A stretch of DNA of 64,000 bases, taken from the NCBI GenBank assembly GCA_044229975.1, contig JBGARZ010000001.1:608001-672000 (forward strand), written 5' to 3'. The stretch's first letter is position 1; each line of letters begins with the position of its first letter. This DNA comes from Polyangiales bacterium. Lineage in GTDB: Bacteria; Myxococcota_A; Polyangia; Polyangiales; Ga0077539. Under the pieces are notes generated by a model that saw nothing but the letters and a program-made list of their open reading frames with translations, made no database searches and was not told the origin of the DNA. A program made the position numbers and the translations under genes. Of the stretch, positions 10,167 through 18,673 are shown one piece after another.

Positions 10167-10170
10167 GCGA

Positions 10171-10740
10171 TCAGAAGGTGACGGGGAAGCCCACGCTGCG
10201 CGGCTCGGTGCCCGGCGACGGGAAGGCCATGCCCCGGAAGGCCGCCATCAGGCACGCGTCGGGGGAGGTGCCGGCCTCTTGCGCCGCGCTCACCTGGGTG
10301 ACCTCACCCGCCGGGCTGATGATGAAGGTGACGTCCGTTGGCGACGCGGCGCCCGCCGCAGCGAGGCAGCGCCCGAGCGCCGGGATCAGCGGCCGCACCA
10401 TGTTGGCGATGTCGATGCCGTAGTCACCGCTCGACGCCGGGAAGCGGTTGTTGCCGCGCGTCACGGGCACGTCGCGATGCGCCTCCGCGTCGTAGTCGCG
10501 CTCGCTGTACGTCGGCATCGTCCACACGAAGACGTCGGCGGCCCCGGCGTCGATCGACGCGGGCGACGGGGGTGGCGTCGTCGGCGTCGCGACCCGCGTA
10601 GGCGCGGGCGTCGGTCGGGGAGTGGATGGTCGACGGAGCTGCGTGGCGAAGAGGAGCACGCCCACGGTGGTGACGCCGAGTCCGACCATCACCCTCCGCT
10701 CAATGGAACCGCGCTGCGACGAGTCTCGACGAGGGCTCAT
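10171..10740 (-). CDS. Membrane-anchored protein, AgmX/PglI/TonB-C-terminal-like domain
   Basis: Single TM, Pro-rich linker, C..FIISPAGEV..C..FP..FPVTF pattern. Confidence 0.6.
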   Translation of the reverse strand: MSPRRDSSQRGSIERRVMVGLGVTTVGVLLFATQLRRPSTPRPTPAPTRVATPTTPPPSPASIDAGAADVFVWTMPTYSERDYDAEAHRDVPVTRGNNRFPASSGDYGIDIANMVRPLIPALGRCLAAAGAASPTDVTFIISPAGEVTQVSAAQEAGTSPDACLMAAFRGMAFPSPGTEPRSVGFPVTF

Positions 10741-10772
10741 GGAGTGGAGCGCACACTACTACGCCCCATCGG

Positions 10773-11345
10773 TCACGGCGATGAGGGCAGGCTGCCGCGA
10801 AGCATCACGAACACCAGCACCCCGGTGATCGAGACGTAGAGCCAGATGGGCGCGAGCCAGCGGGTGACCTTCCGGTGCCGCGCGAACTGCCGCCGGTAGG
10901 CGAAGTAGAAGGCCACCAGCGCCATCGGCACCACCGGCATGGAGAGCAGCACGTGGCTCGCCAGCAGCAGGAGGTAGGCGACCTTCATCGGCCCGTGACC
11001 GGCGTAGCGCGTGTCGCCGTGGACGTAGTGATAGGTCAGGTAGCTCACCAGAAAGAGCGCCGACGCCGCGAAGGCCCCGATCATCAGGAACTTGTGGACC
11101 CGCTGCTGCTTGCGGCGGATGGCCACCCAGCCCGCGAGCAGGAGCGTGGCCGCGGTGGCGTTGAGGCACGCGTTGAGAGCCGGGAGGAAGCGCAGGTCGA
11201 CGCCCCCCGCACCGCCGCGCCGGATGAGCAGCAGCCACGCGATGAACGCGAGCGCGGCTGCCGAAACGACGCCCGTGAACGCGAAGAACGCCCGGTCAGG
11301 AGCGGTGGAGTTTTCGGTGGGTCCGGTCTCGGCGAGGGGTTCCAT
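10773..11345 (-). CDS. DUF420 family membrane protein
   Basis: LPALNACLN, HKFLM, FLVSYLTYH, HRKVTRW..PIWLYVSITG. Confidence 0.9.
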   Translation of the reverse strand: MEPLAETGPTENSTAPDRAFFAFTGVVSAAALAFIAWLLLIRRGGAGGVDLRFLPALNACLNATAATLLLAGWVAIRRKQQRVHKFLMIGAFAASALFLVSYLTYHYVHGDTRYAGHGPMKVAYLLLLASHVLLSMPVVPMALVAFYFAYRRQFARHRKVTRWLAPIWLYVSITGVLVFVMLRGSLPSSP

Positions 11346-11395
11346 GGCGGGGCGCCTTATAGGCCCGCTCGCGCGGCGAGAACAGACCGCGACCG

Positions 11396-12757
11396 TCAGG
11401 TCATCCGCCGCCACCAGCACGCCACGCGCTGCCACCGGGTCATCGGCGCGCGCACCGCCTCGTAGGCCCGCACCGCGTGTTCCTCCAACGCATCCACCAC
11501 CCCGGCCGGGATGCCCAGACCAAAGCGCACCCGATCGACCTCGGCCGCCGCCGCCACCAGCTCGGGGATGGGCCCGAGCCCCTTGGCCTCGCGCTGCGCG
11601 TTGACCTTCGCCACCAGCTCATCGACCGTGTCGCCCGGCAACACCCGGATGCCCACGTCGGCCAGCGCGACCGTCACGTAGTCCCACCGCCGGAGCGCCC
11701 GCTTGGTGGGCTCGTCCGCTCGTCCGCCGTGCCGCATGCGACGCAGCCGCCACCACCGACGCACCGGCCGGTTGAGCAGAAACAAGGGCACCAGCGGAAG
11801 CACGCCGCCCGCCTGTTCGCCCGCCTTCCGCGCCGCGCGCCGCAGCGCCTCGCGCAGCACGTGGGCGTCGGGCCGCGGACGCCCCCGCGTCTCGTGATCG
11901 GGCTCGTTGTCGTTGGCGGGACGACCCGGCGTGCGAGGGTCGCTCGCTCCGTGACCGTCGCGGTGTCCCTCCCGAGGCGCGGTGCGCCAGAGGTACGGCG
12001 CGATCCACGCGGTGGTCATCGTCGCCACGAGCGCGAGCAGCACCAGGGCCAGCGCGCCGCGGCGGGTCAAGCGCAGCGCCTCGCCGCGGTGGTGGCGGGT
12101 GAGCATGGTGGGGGAGTCTGTTCCGCCGGCCGACCACACGGCGCTGTGGTAGCGCGCCTGACCCGCCAGAAAGGCGAAGTACAACCCCACGAGCGCGCCG
12201 AGGAGGGCGAGCGCCGTCGGGTCCCACACGCCCTCCCGGGCGCCGGTCTCCCAGCGACGCACGCCGTCGTGCTGCTGGATGACCGTGAGCATCGCGCCGA
12301 CCCAGCACACCGCCGGCACCCACAGCGTCGTCAGCAGCGAGCGCCGTTGCAGCGCCGCGTGCCCGCAGCTCACGCCCGTGAGGAAGGCGACGACGCCGCC
12401 CGCGAGCTGAGGGCCCGCCGCGATGGCCACCGTGCACGACATCGCGATGGCGAACCACACGCCCGACTGCACCACCCAGGCCCGCAGTCGCAGCAGCGCG
12501 AGGAGGTTGCCCAGCGCCACGCCCACGGTGCTCGCGCCCACCAGCACGGGCAGCAGCACCAGAAACTCCTGGTCGGCGCCCCAGTAGCGAAAAGCAACTC
12601 CGAGCAGCGCGACGTAGCCCGACACCAGCAGGAGCCAGTACGTGGCGAGCAGCCAGCGGGCGCGCGAGAAGGCCTCCGACAGCGGCTCCCGGGGTGATCC
12701 ACCGCGCCACCAGGGCGGCAGGATCATCGGGCGGCGGAGGTCGTCGGCGGGGGTCAC
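11396..12757 (-). CDS. Multi-pass membrane protein with DUF4129-like C-terminus
   Basis: About 8 hydrophobic helices; start overlaps the pyk stop. Confidence 0.7.
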   Translation of the reverse strand: MTPADDLRRPMILPPWWRGGSPREPLSEAFSRARWLLATYWLLLVSGYVALLGVAFRYWGADQEFLVLLPVLVGASTVGVALGNLLALLRLRAWVVQSGVWFAIAMSCTVAIAAGPQLAGGVVAFLTGVSCGHAALQRRSLLTTLWVPAVCWVGAMLTVIQQHDGVRRWETGAREGVWDPTALALLGALVGLYFAFLAGQARYHSAVWSAGGTDSPTMLTRHHRGEALRLTRRGALALVLLALVATMTTAWIAPYLWRTAPREGHRDGHGASDPRTPGRPANDNEPDHETRGRPRPDAHVLREALRRAARKAGEQAGGVLPLVPLFLLNRPVRRWWRLRRMRHGGRADEPTKRALRRWDYVTVALADVGIRVLPGDTVDELVAKVNAQREAKGLGPIPELVAAAAEVDRVRFGLGIPAGVVDALEEHAVRAYEAVRAPMTRWQRVACWWRRMT

Positions 12758-14160
12758 GTCGTCGGTTGGAGCGTGTGCAGGATGAAGGACTTGGTTCCGC
12801 TGTCCTTCTGGCTGCCGAACACGATGCCGATGGTGTCACCGTCGCGCAGCGGGAGGGTCTCGCGGGCGATGCGCGCCGACACCGTGAGCATCTCGTTGGG
12901 CGTCTCCGGGAGCGTGTGCACCACCGGGATGACACCCCACTGGAGCGCCATGCGCTGGGCCACCTCGCGCGTCGACGTCACCGCCAGGATGGGCGCCCTC
13001 GGGCGAAACTCCGCCACCATGTCGGCCGTGTGCCCCGCGCGCGTGAACACCACGATGGCCGCGAGCTTCGCGTGCCGCGAGGTGAGCGCCACGGCGGCCG
13101 CGCACGCGTGCGTGAAGTCCCACTCCACCTGGTCGAGCGTCGGCTCGGTGAGCTTCTCGAAGAGGGCCGACACCTCGATCTCGCGGATGATGGTGTCCAT
13201 CATCTGCACGGCCATCACGGGGTAGCGCCCGCTCGCCGTCTCGCCCGAGAGCATCAGCACGTCGGTCGCGTCGAGCACGGCGTTGGCCACGTCTGCAGCC
13301 TCGGCCCGCGTCGGCCGCGGCGAGCGGATCATCGAGTCCAGCATCTGCGTCGCCGTCACCACCAGCCGCCCGTGACGGTTGGCCAGCGCGATGGCCTGCT
13401 TCTGCGCCAGCGGAACCTTCTCCGAACCGAGCTCCACCCCGAGGTCGCCGCGCGCCACCATGATGCCCTCGCACGCGAGCACGATGGCTTCGAGGTTGTC
13501 GATGGCCTCGGGCTTCTCGATCTTCGCGATGATGGGAATCCCCTCGCCCACGGCGGCGCGCGCCTCGTGGAGATCGTTCGGGTGGCGAACGAACGACAGC
13601 GCGAGGTAGTCGACGCCGAGCTCGCGCGCGAGCAACGCGTCGGAGCGGTCCTTGTCCGTGAGCGCGGGCACCGAGAGCTTCGCGCCGGGGACGTTGATGC
13701 CCTTGCGATCGGAGAGCGGGCCGCCCACCTCCACCACGCAGTCGACGTCCTCGTCGTGCACGTTGGTGACGCGCAGCCGCAGCACGCCGTCGTCGAGCAG
13801 CACCGGGTCGCCGACGCGCAGGTCCTTCCACAACGGGTAGGTGATGGAGACGGCCGTGACGTCGCCGGGGACGTCGCGCGTGGTGAGCGTGAAGGCCGCG
13901 CCGTCGACGAGCTCGACCGGCCCGTGCGCGAAGGTGCGGCAGCGGATCTTCGGCCCCGAGAGGTCGCCGAGGATGGCCACGTTGCGCCCCGCGCGGGCGG
14001 CGGCGGCGCGGAGGTTCTTCACGGCGGCGCGGTGGTCGTCGGGGACGCCGTGGGAGAAGTTCACCCGGAAGGCATCGACGCCCGCGGCGAGCAGCGCGTC
14101 GAGGACGGACGGATCGCGGCAGGCGGGCCCCACGGTCGCCAGGATCTTGGCTTTGCGCAT
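12754..14160 (-). CDS. pyk: Pyruvate kinase
   Basis: KILATVGP, RVNFSHG, DLSGPKIR, AKIEK, MVARGDLGVE, ATQMLDSM, MLSGETA. Confidence 0.98.
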   Translation of the reverse strand: MRKAKILATVGPACRDPSVLDALLAAGVDAFRVNFSHGVPDDHRAAVKNLRAAAARAGRNVAILGDLSGPKIRCRTFAHGPVELVDGAAFTLTTRDVPGDVTAVSITYPLWKDLRVGDPVLLDDGVLRLRVTNVHDEDVDCVVEVGGPLSDRKGINVPGAKLSVPALTDKDRSDALLARELGVDYLALSFVRHPNDLHEARAAVGEGIPIIAKIEKPEAIDNLEAIVLACEGIMVARGDLGVELGSEKVPLAQKQAIALANRHGRLVVTATQMLDSMIRSPRPTRAEAADVANAVLDATDVLMLSGETASGRYPVMAVQMMDTIIREIEVSALFEKLTEPTLDQVEWDFTHACAAAVALTSRHAKLAAIVVFTRAGHTADMVAEFRPRAPILAVTSTREVAQRMALQWGVIPVVHTLPETPNEMLTVSARIARETLPLRDGDTIGIVFGSQKDSGTKSFILHTLQPTT

Positions 14161-14217
14161 CGTCGGACGATCGCACGCGCCACCCGACGCCGACAATGGC
14201 GCGGCGTCGTCGGGTGC

Positions 14218-14261
14218 CAGCGCTCGTGTCAGCGCTCGTGTCAGCGCCCGTGTCAGCGCTC
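14218..14261 (+). repeat. 12-bp tandem repeat (CAGCGCTCGTGT), about 3.7 copies, in divergent intergenic region
   Basis: Units at 14218, 14230, 14242 (one mismatch), partial at 14254. Confidence 0.9.
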
Positions 14262-14320
14262 TCGCCGCCGCGCCGAGCGTCCACCGCTGCGGCGCCGCGG
14301 AAATCAGGCTCGCTTCCGCA

Positions 14321-14336
14321 TGGCACGGGGCTCGCT
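14321..14336 (+). promoter_or_regulatory. Putative sigma54 -24/-12 promoter for the terpene synthase
   Basis: TGGCACGGGGCTCGCT: TGGCAC plus exact GG-N10-GC spacing, about 60 bp before ATG 14398. Confidence 0.65.
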
Positions 14337-14397
14337 GAGACCTCGAATCACCGCGCCGCACCGATCCGCCGGTGACGCCGCTTCTTCGAGGTCGACC

Positions 14398-15279
14398 ATG
14401 CACAACGCCCACACCACTCCTTCGGCTCTGCTCTCCTCGCACCGCAGCCGTCCGGTGGACGCCCGCCTCGTCCTCGCGCGCATCGCCGCTTCCCAGATCC
14501 TCCCTCCGGCGCTCGTGCGCACGGGCCGCTCGGAGTCCATCGCCTCCATCGTGGCGCACGCGGGGTCCGGTCTGCCGATGCGGGTGCTCTCGCTGGTCGC
14601 CGACGCGGGCCTGGTGCTCTTTGCCATCGACGACCTCCTCGACGACTCCGGCGTGTGCGTCGAAGAGGGCTCGCTGCGCATCGAGCAGTACAGCGCCGTC
14701 GCCCGCGGCGAGCTCTGCCCCGAGGTCGCCTTCGACCCCATCGCGCGGGCCCTCGCGAGCCTTCGTAGCCGCGTCGCCGCGACCGACCCCGACGGCGACA
14801 TGGTCGACGCGTGGGCCGACGCGATGGTCCGCATGCTCGCCGGAATGGGCGCCGAGCTCCGCCGCGACGGCGACGTCGTCGGGACGAGTCTGGAGCGCTA
14901 CCTCGCGAGCGCCCGCGACAGCATCGGCGTCGAGATGATCGCGTTCACCGCGTGGGCCGCGATGGGCGCCGGCGCCACGCGCGCGATGCTCCCCTCGCTC
15001 CGGCGCGCCGAGCGATCGTTCTCCACGGCGGTGCGCCTCGCCAACGACCTGCGCACCTGTGAGCGCGAGCGCGCCGAGGGCCGCGTCAACGCCGTCACCC
15101 TCCTCGGGGACGACGCGCGCCCCCACCTGCACGACCTCTGCGACGACGCCCTCGCCGAGGCGCGAGAGTCCCTCGCCGCCGCGGGCATCGCGGACACCGC
15201 ACAGGGTCGCTTCATCGACCGCTTCGCTGGCGCGATCGTCGCGATGTACGTGACCCGCGACTTCGAACAGGCCGCCTAG
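14398..15279 (+). CDS. Class I terpene synthase family protein (293 aa)
   Basis: DDLLDD aspartate-rich motif, RDSIG, NSE/DTE-type RLANDLRTCERE. Confidence 0.85.
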   Translation: MHNAHTTPSALLSSHRSRPVDARLVLARIAASQILPPALVRTGRSESIASIVAHAGSGLPMRVLSLVADAGLVLFAIDDLLDDSGVCVEEGSLRIEQYSAVARGELCPEVAFDPIARALASLRSRVAATDPDGDMVDAWADAMVRMLAGMGAELRRDGDVVGTSLERYLASARDSIGVEMIAFTAWAAMGAGATRAMLPSLRRAERSFSTAVRLANDLRTCERERAEGRVNAVTLLGDDARPHLHDLCDDALAEARESLAAAGIADTAQGRFIDRFAGAIVAMYVTRDFEQAA

Positions 15280-15306
15280 TACCTCCCCACAGGGGACTTG
15301 AAGGGT

Positions 15307-16455
15307 TCAGGCGGCGACGTCGGGAGCCGCCTCCTGGCGGGCCTTCGCCAACGGTCGGTAGACCCGACCCAGCTTCTCTCTCGCGCGCTCGGTCGTGAAC
15401 ATCCAGCGGATGCGTGCGCCCGCCGCGTTGCGCCCTCGCTCCCAGGCTGCGATCTCCCGGATCAAGCTCTCGCGGTCGGCGATGCGGCGGTCCAAGCACT
15501 GTCGCTTGAGCACGCCGATCTCGATCTCCACCATGTTCAACCAGCTCGCGTGCTTGGGCACGTAGTGGATCTCCAACTTGCGCAGCAGACGACGAGCCTC
15601 CGCGGGTTCGAAGGTGTCGTAGAGCGCGGCCGCGCTGTGCGTCGAGAGGTTGTCCATCACCACGCGAATGCGCTCCGCGTCGGGGTAGTGCTCATCCACC
15701 AGCGACCTCATCTGGTGAGCGAACTGGCGCGAGGCGCGCTGCTCGGTCACGTCGACGTGACGCCACCCGCGGTGGACGTCGAGCACTACGAACAGGTTCG
15801 CCGTGCCATGGCGCTGGTACTCGTAGTCGACGCGGGCGGGCGCGCCGGGCGCCACGGGTTGCGGCTCGCGAACCTCGCCGATCAACTGCGTGGGGCTCTC
15901 GTCGAAGCAGAGCACCGGGCGCTTGGGGTCGGCCGGCTCTGCGTACAGATCGAGCACGTCCTCCATCCGCGCGACGTACTCGCTGTTGAGGGTGGGGACG
16001 CACCACATCTTCTGCTGCCACGGCTTGAGCTCGTTGTCCGCGAGCCGCCGTCGCACGGTCTCGTCGCTCACGCGCTCGTGATCCGTCAGCGCGACCATCC
16101 GATCAGCCAGCAGGTCCAGGGTCCACCGCGCGCGTCCCTCCGGCGGTGCGCTGCACGCCGTGGCGATGAGGAGCGCCTCCTCCTTGCCCGAGAGCTTGCG
16201 AGTGCCGCCCGGCCGTGGGGCGTCGTGCAGGGCGGCCTCCAAGCCCTCTTCGACGAAGCACCGCTTGGTGCGGTAGATCGTGGCGGGGCTGGTTCCGACC
16301 GCCTTGGCGATCTGCGCCTCGTCCTGCGCGGCGGCCGCCGCGAGCAGGATCTGGGCGCGTTTGACCTCGCGAACCTTGGTGCGTCCGCGCGCCACGAGGG
16401 CTTCCAGGCGGGCGCGCTCGGGCTCGCTCAGGGTGACGCGATACCGTACGTTCAT
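15307..16455 (-). CDS. IS630 family transposase
   Basis: HTH region, CFDESP, VMDNLSTH, PKHASWLNMVEIE (DDE). Confidence 0.96.
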   Translation of the reverse strand: MNVRYRVTLSEPERARLEALVARGRTKVREVKRAQILLAAAAAQDEAQIAKAVGTSPATIYRTKRCFVEEGLEAALHDAPRPGGTRKLSGKEEALLIATACSAPPEGRARWTLDLLADRMVALTDHERVSDETVRRRLADNELKPWQQKMWCVPTLNSEYVARMEDVLDLYAEPADPKRPVLCFDESPTQLIGEVREPQPVAPGAPARVDYEYQRHGTANLFVVLDVHRGWRHVDVTEQRASRQFAHQMRSLVDEHYPDAERIRVVMDNLSTHSAAALYDTFEPAEARRLLRKLEIHYVPKHASWLNMVEIEIGVLKRQCLDRRIADRESLIREIAAWERGRNAAGARIRWMFTTERAREKLGRVYRPLAKARQEAAPDVAA

Positions 16456-16497
16456 CGGGCGAATCCTCCGTGCTGGGCACGGAGCTCTCGCCGGAGG

Positions 16498-16767
16498 ATG
16501 ATGTCGAGCGCGAACGACAACGCGGCCCGCTGGACCCCGAAGCAGGGGCAGTACCTGGCGTTCATCTACGCGTACACGACGATCCACCGACAGGCGCCCG
16601 CCGAGCGCGACATGGAGCGGTTCTTCCGCACCTCGCCGCCGACGATTCACACCATGATCAAGACGCTGGAGCGCGAGGGCTTCATCCGCCGACAGCCGGG
16701 TGTCGCGCGCTCGATCCAACTGCTCGTCGAGGCCGACTCGCTGCCTCTCCTCGTGCAGCCAGCGTGA
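16498..16767 (+). CDS. LexA/MarR-like winged-HTH DNA-binding protein (IS passenger)
   Basis: TPKQGQYLAFI..PAERDM..SPPTIHTMIKTLEREGFIRRQPGVARSI resembles the LexA N-terminal domain; GGAGG RBS. Confidence 0.85.
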   Translation: MMSSANDNAARWTPKQGQYLAFIYAYTTIHRQAPAERDMERFFRTSPPTIHTMIKTLEREGFIRRQPGVARSIQLLVEADSLPLLVQPA

Positions 16768-16817
16768 GGTTCACTGAACCCTTCAAATCCCCTGTGGCGA
16801 GGTACTAGTACCTCGCC

Positions 16818-17708
16818 ATGACCAACGCCCGCGCGCCCCGCTTTCGCGTCCCTGCGGCGAAGTCCGAGGCCTTCAAGCAGCTCGCCCGCGTGCCCGCCGT
16901 CGCCGCGCCGACGCTGGTCGCGCTGCTGGTCGCGGCCATCGGGCTCCCGTGCGTCGCGGTCGCGCACTTGAATGGCGTGCTTCCCGGCTGGGCGGCCAGC
17001 GCGTGCGCGACGGCGCTCATGTACGGTCTGTTCACGGTGGTGCACGACGCGCTGCACGGCTCCTTCGCGCGCAACCGCCGCCTCAATGACGGCCTCGGCG
17101 CCCTCGGCCTGCTGCTCTTCGCGCCGCACGCGAGCCTCGGGCTCTTCCGCTGGGCGCATATGCAGCACCACCGGCACACCAACGACGACCGCGACCCGGA
17201 TCAGTGGTCCCACGACGGCGGCCTCACGCTGCCGCTGCGCTGGGCGACCATTGACGTCGCGTACGTCGTTCATGTGCTCCGCCACGGCGACGCGGTGGCC
17301 CGCCGCCATCTCCTCGGAGCGCTGCCGCACCTCGCCGCCACGCTCGCGGTCATCGCGCTGCTCGTGCACGCCGGCTTCGGTCGCGAGGTCGTGCTGCTCT
17401 GGCTCATCCCCTCGCGGCTGACCTTCGTGATCGCGGGCTGCGTGTTCTTCTGGCTACCGCACGTCGGCGCCGAGACCACCGCCGAGGAGGACGTGCTGCG
17501 CTCCACCACCATCCGGCTCGGCCACGAGTGGCTGCTGGCGCCGCTGCTCCAATTTCACAACTACCACCTCGTGCACCACCTCTTCCCCGCGCTGCCCTCC
17601 AGCCGCCACGCCGATGTGTACCGCCTCATCGCCGACGACCTGCACGCGCGCCCGCTGCTCATCCAGCGCGGCCTGGCCATCCGCCCCGAGGCCAGCGCCT
17701 TCGCGTGA
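16818..17708 (+). CDS. Membrane fatty-acid desaturase/hydroxylase family protein
   Basis: His boxes HDALH, HMQHHRH, HLVHH. Confidence 0.92.
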   Translation: MTNARAPRFRVPAAKSEAFKQLARVPAVAAPTLVALLVAAIGLPCVAVAHLNGVLPGWAASACATALMYGLFTVVHDALHGSFARNRRLNDGLGALGLLLFAPHASLGLFRWAHMQHHRHTNDDRDPDQWSHDGGLTLPLRWATIDVAYVVHVLRHGDAVARRHLLGALPHLAATLAVIALLVHAGFGREVVLLWLIPSRLTFVIAGCVFFWLPHVGAETTAEEDVLRSTTIRLGHEWLLAPLLQFHNYHLVHHLFPALPSSRHADVYRLIADDLHARPLLIQRGLAIRPEASAFA

Positions 17709-17714
17709 AGAAGG

Positions 17715-17963
17715 TCAGCGCGACGTGGTGAGACCGTCCGGCACGGGCAGGTGCACCCGCTGGGGAACACCGGCGGTGTGCGGAGGCGGTGGTGGCGGTG
17801 GTGGTGGCGGAGGCGGAGTGCGGACGCCACCGTCACGCGATGGCGGCTGCTGGGCGTGAGCGTCCGTGATGCAGCCCTCAACGGCGACGCCTGCTGCGAG
17901 CAGGCCGAGGAGCGTCGGGATGGCGGTGCTGCGCGACGAGGCAACGGGGCGACGTGGGCTCAT
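17715..17963 (-). CDS. Small secreted/lipoprotein with poly-Pro tract
   Basis: Hydrophobic signal ending VEGC, 12-Pro run. Confidence 0.5.
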   Translation of the reverse strand: MSPRRPVASSRSTAIPTLLGLLAAGVAVEGCITDAHAQQPPSRDGGVRTPPPPPPPPPPPPHTAGVPQRVHLPVPDGLTTSR

Positions 17964-18134
17964 GACTACGAGGATCGCATGAAGATCGAGGTCGTCGCAC
18001 GGTGAGCCCGGACGACCACTGATGCAGCGCCGACCCGGTCGCGAGAGGGAATCGCCCGACGCCCGGAATAGCCACGATCCCACACCTGGTTGTGCCTCGG
18101 TCGGCAGGGGATCTTCCGCCGCCGACCGACCCGA

Positions 18135-18557
18135 ATGCGCTCGCTGGTCCTCGCCCTCTGCGCCGCGTTCGCCGTGCTGCTCACGGCCATGCCCGCGCAC
18201 GCGCAGACGCCGCGGCGCTGGTGTGTCGGCGCCTTCGCCAGCTACCGGCATCTCGACCGCGACCAAGCGACCTCCTTCGTCCGCGCGGACGCACCCGTCG
18301 CGGCACCCGCTACACCGCAGCGCTCCCAAGCACCGACGCTGTGTGACGACCCTCGCCGACCGGGCTGTCACATCGACCGCCCCGACGCCCCGAGACATCA
18401 CACGTCGTGGGATCTCCACCACGAACCGATGGCGCTGACGAGCGCCGTGCCCGAGGTCCCGCCGCGATCGGCCGATGACGTCACGACCGACCCGTTGCTT
18501 CGCGGTGGACCGCGCGTCGCGACGACCCGATCGCCCTGGCGCCCGCCCAACGCCTGA
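18135..18557 (+). CDS. Secreted hypothetical protein
   Basis: Signal peptide MRSLVLALCAAFAVLLTAMPAHA. Confidence 0.55.
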   Translation: MRSLVLALCAAFAVLLTAMPAHAQTPRRWCVGAFASYRHLDRDQATSFVRADAPVAAPATPQRSQAPTLCDDPRRPGCHIDRPDAPRHHTSWDLHHEPMALTSAVPEVPPRSADDVTTDPLLRGGPRVATTRSPWRPPNA

Positions 18558-18673
18558 ACGCGTCTCCGCGTAGGCATCGACGCGCGATCGCTCTGGGAGG
18601 AGCGGCGCGCGGCGACCGGGTCGCGTCTTGCGCGCTCCCGGGTGGGTCGTCGTGCAGGCAGTCGGAGGATCTC

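Larger units (their letters stand above)
15279..16805. mobile_element. Complete IS630-family element (1527 bp) with passenger gene
   Basis: 32-bp terminal inverted repeats 15279-15310 and 16774-16805 (30/32 identical); TA duplicated on both sides (15277-78, 16806-07) in CTAG context. Confidence 0.93.

Noticed and set aside
14161..15132. Apparent 792-aa pyruvate kinase with N-terminal extension
   Set aside because: The extension is antisense to the terpene synthase; the family start is MRKAKI at 14160
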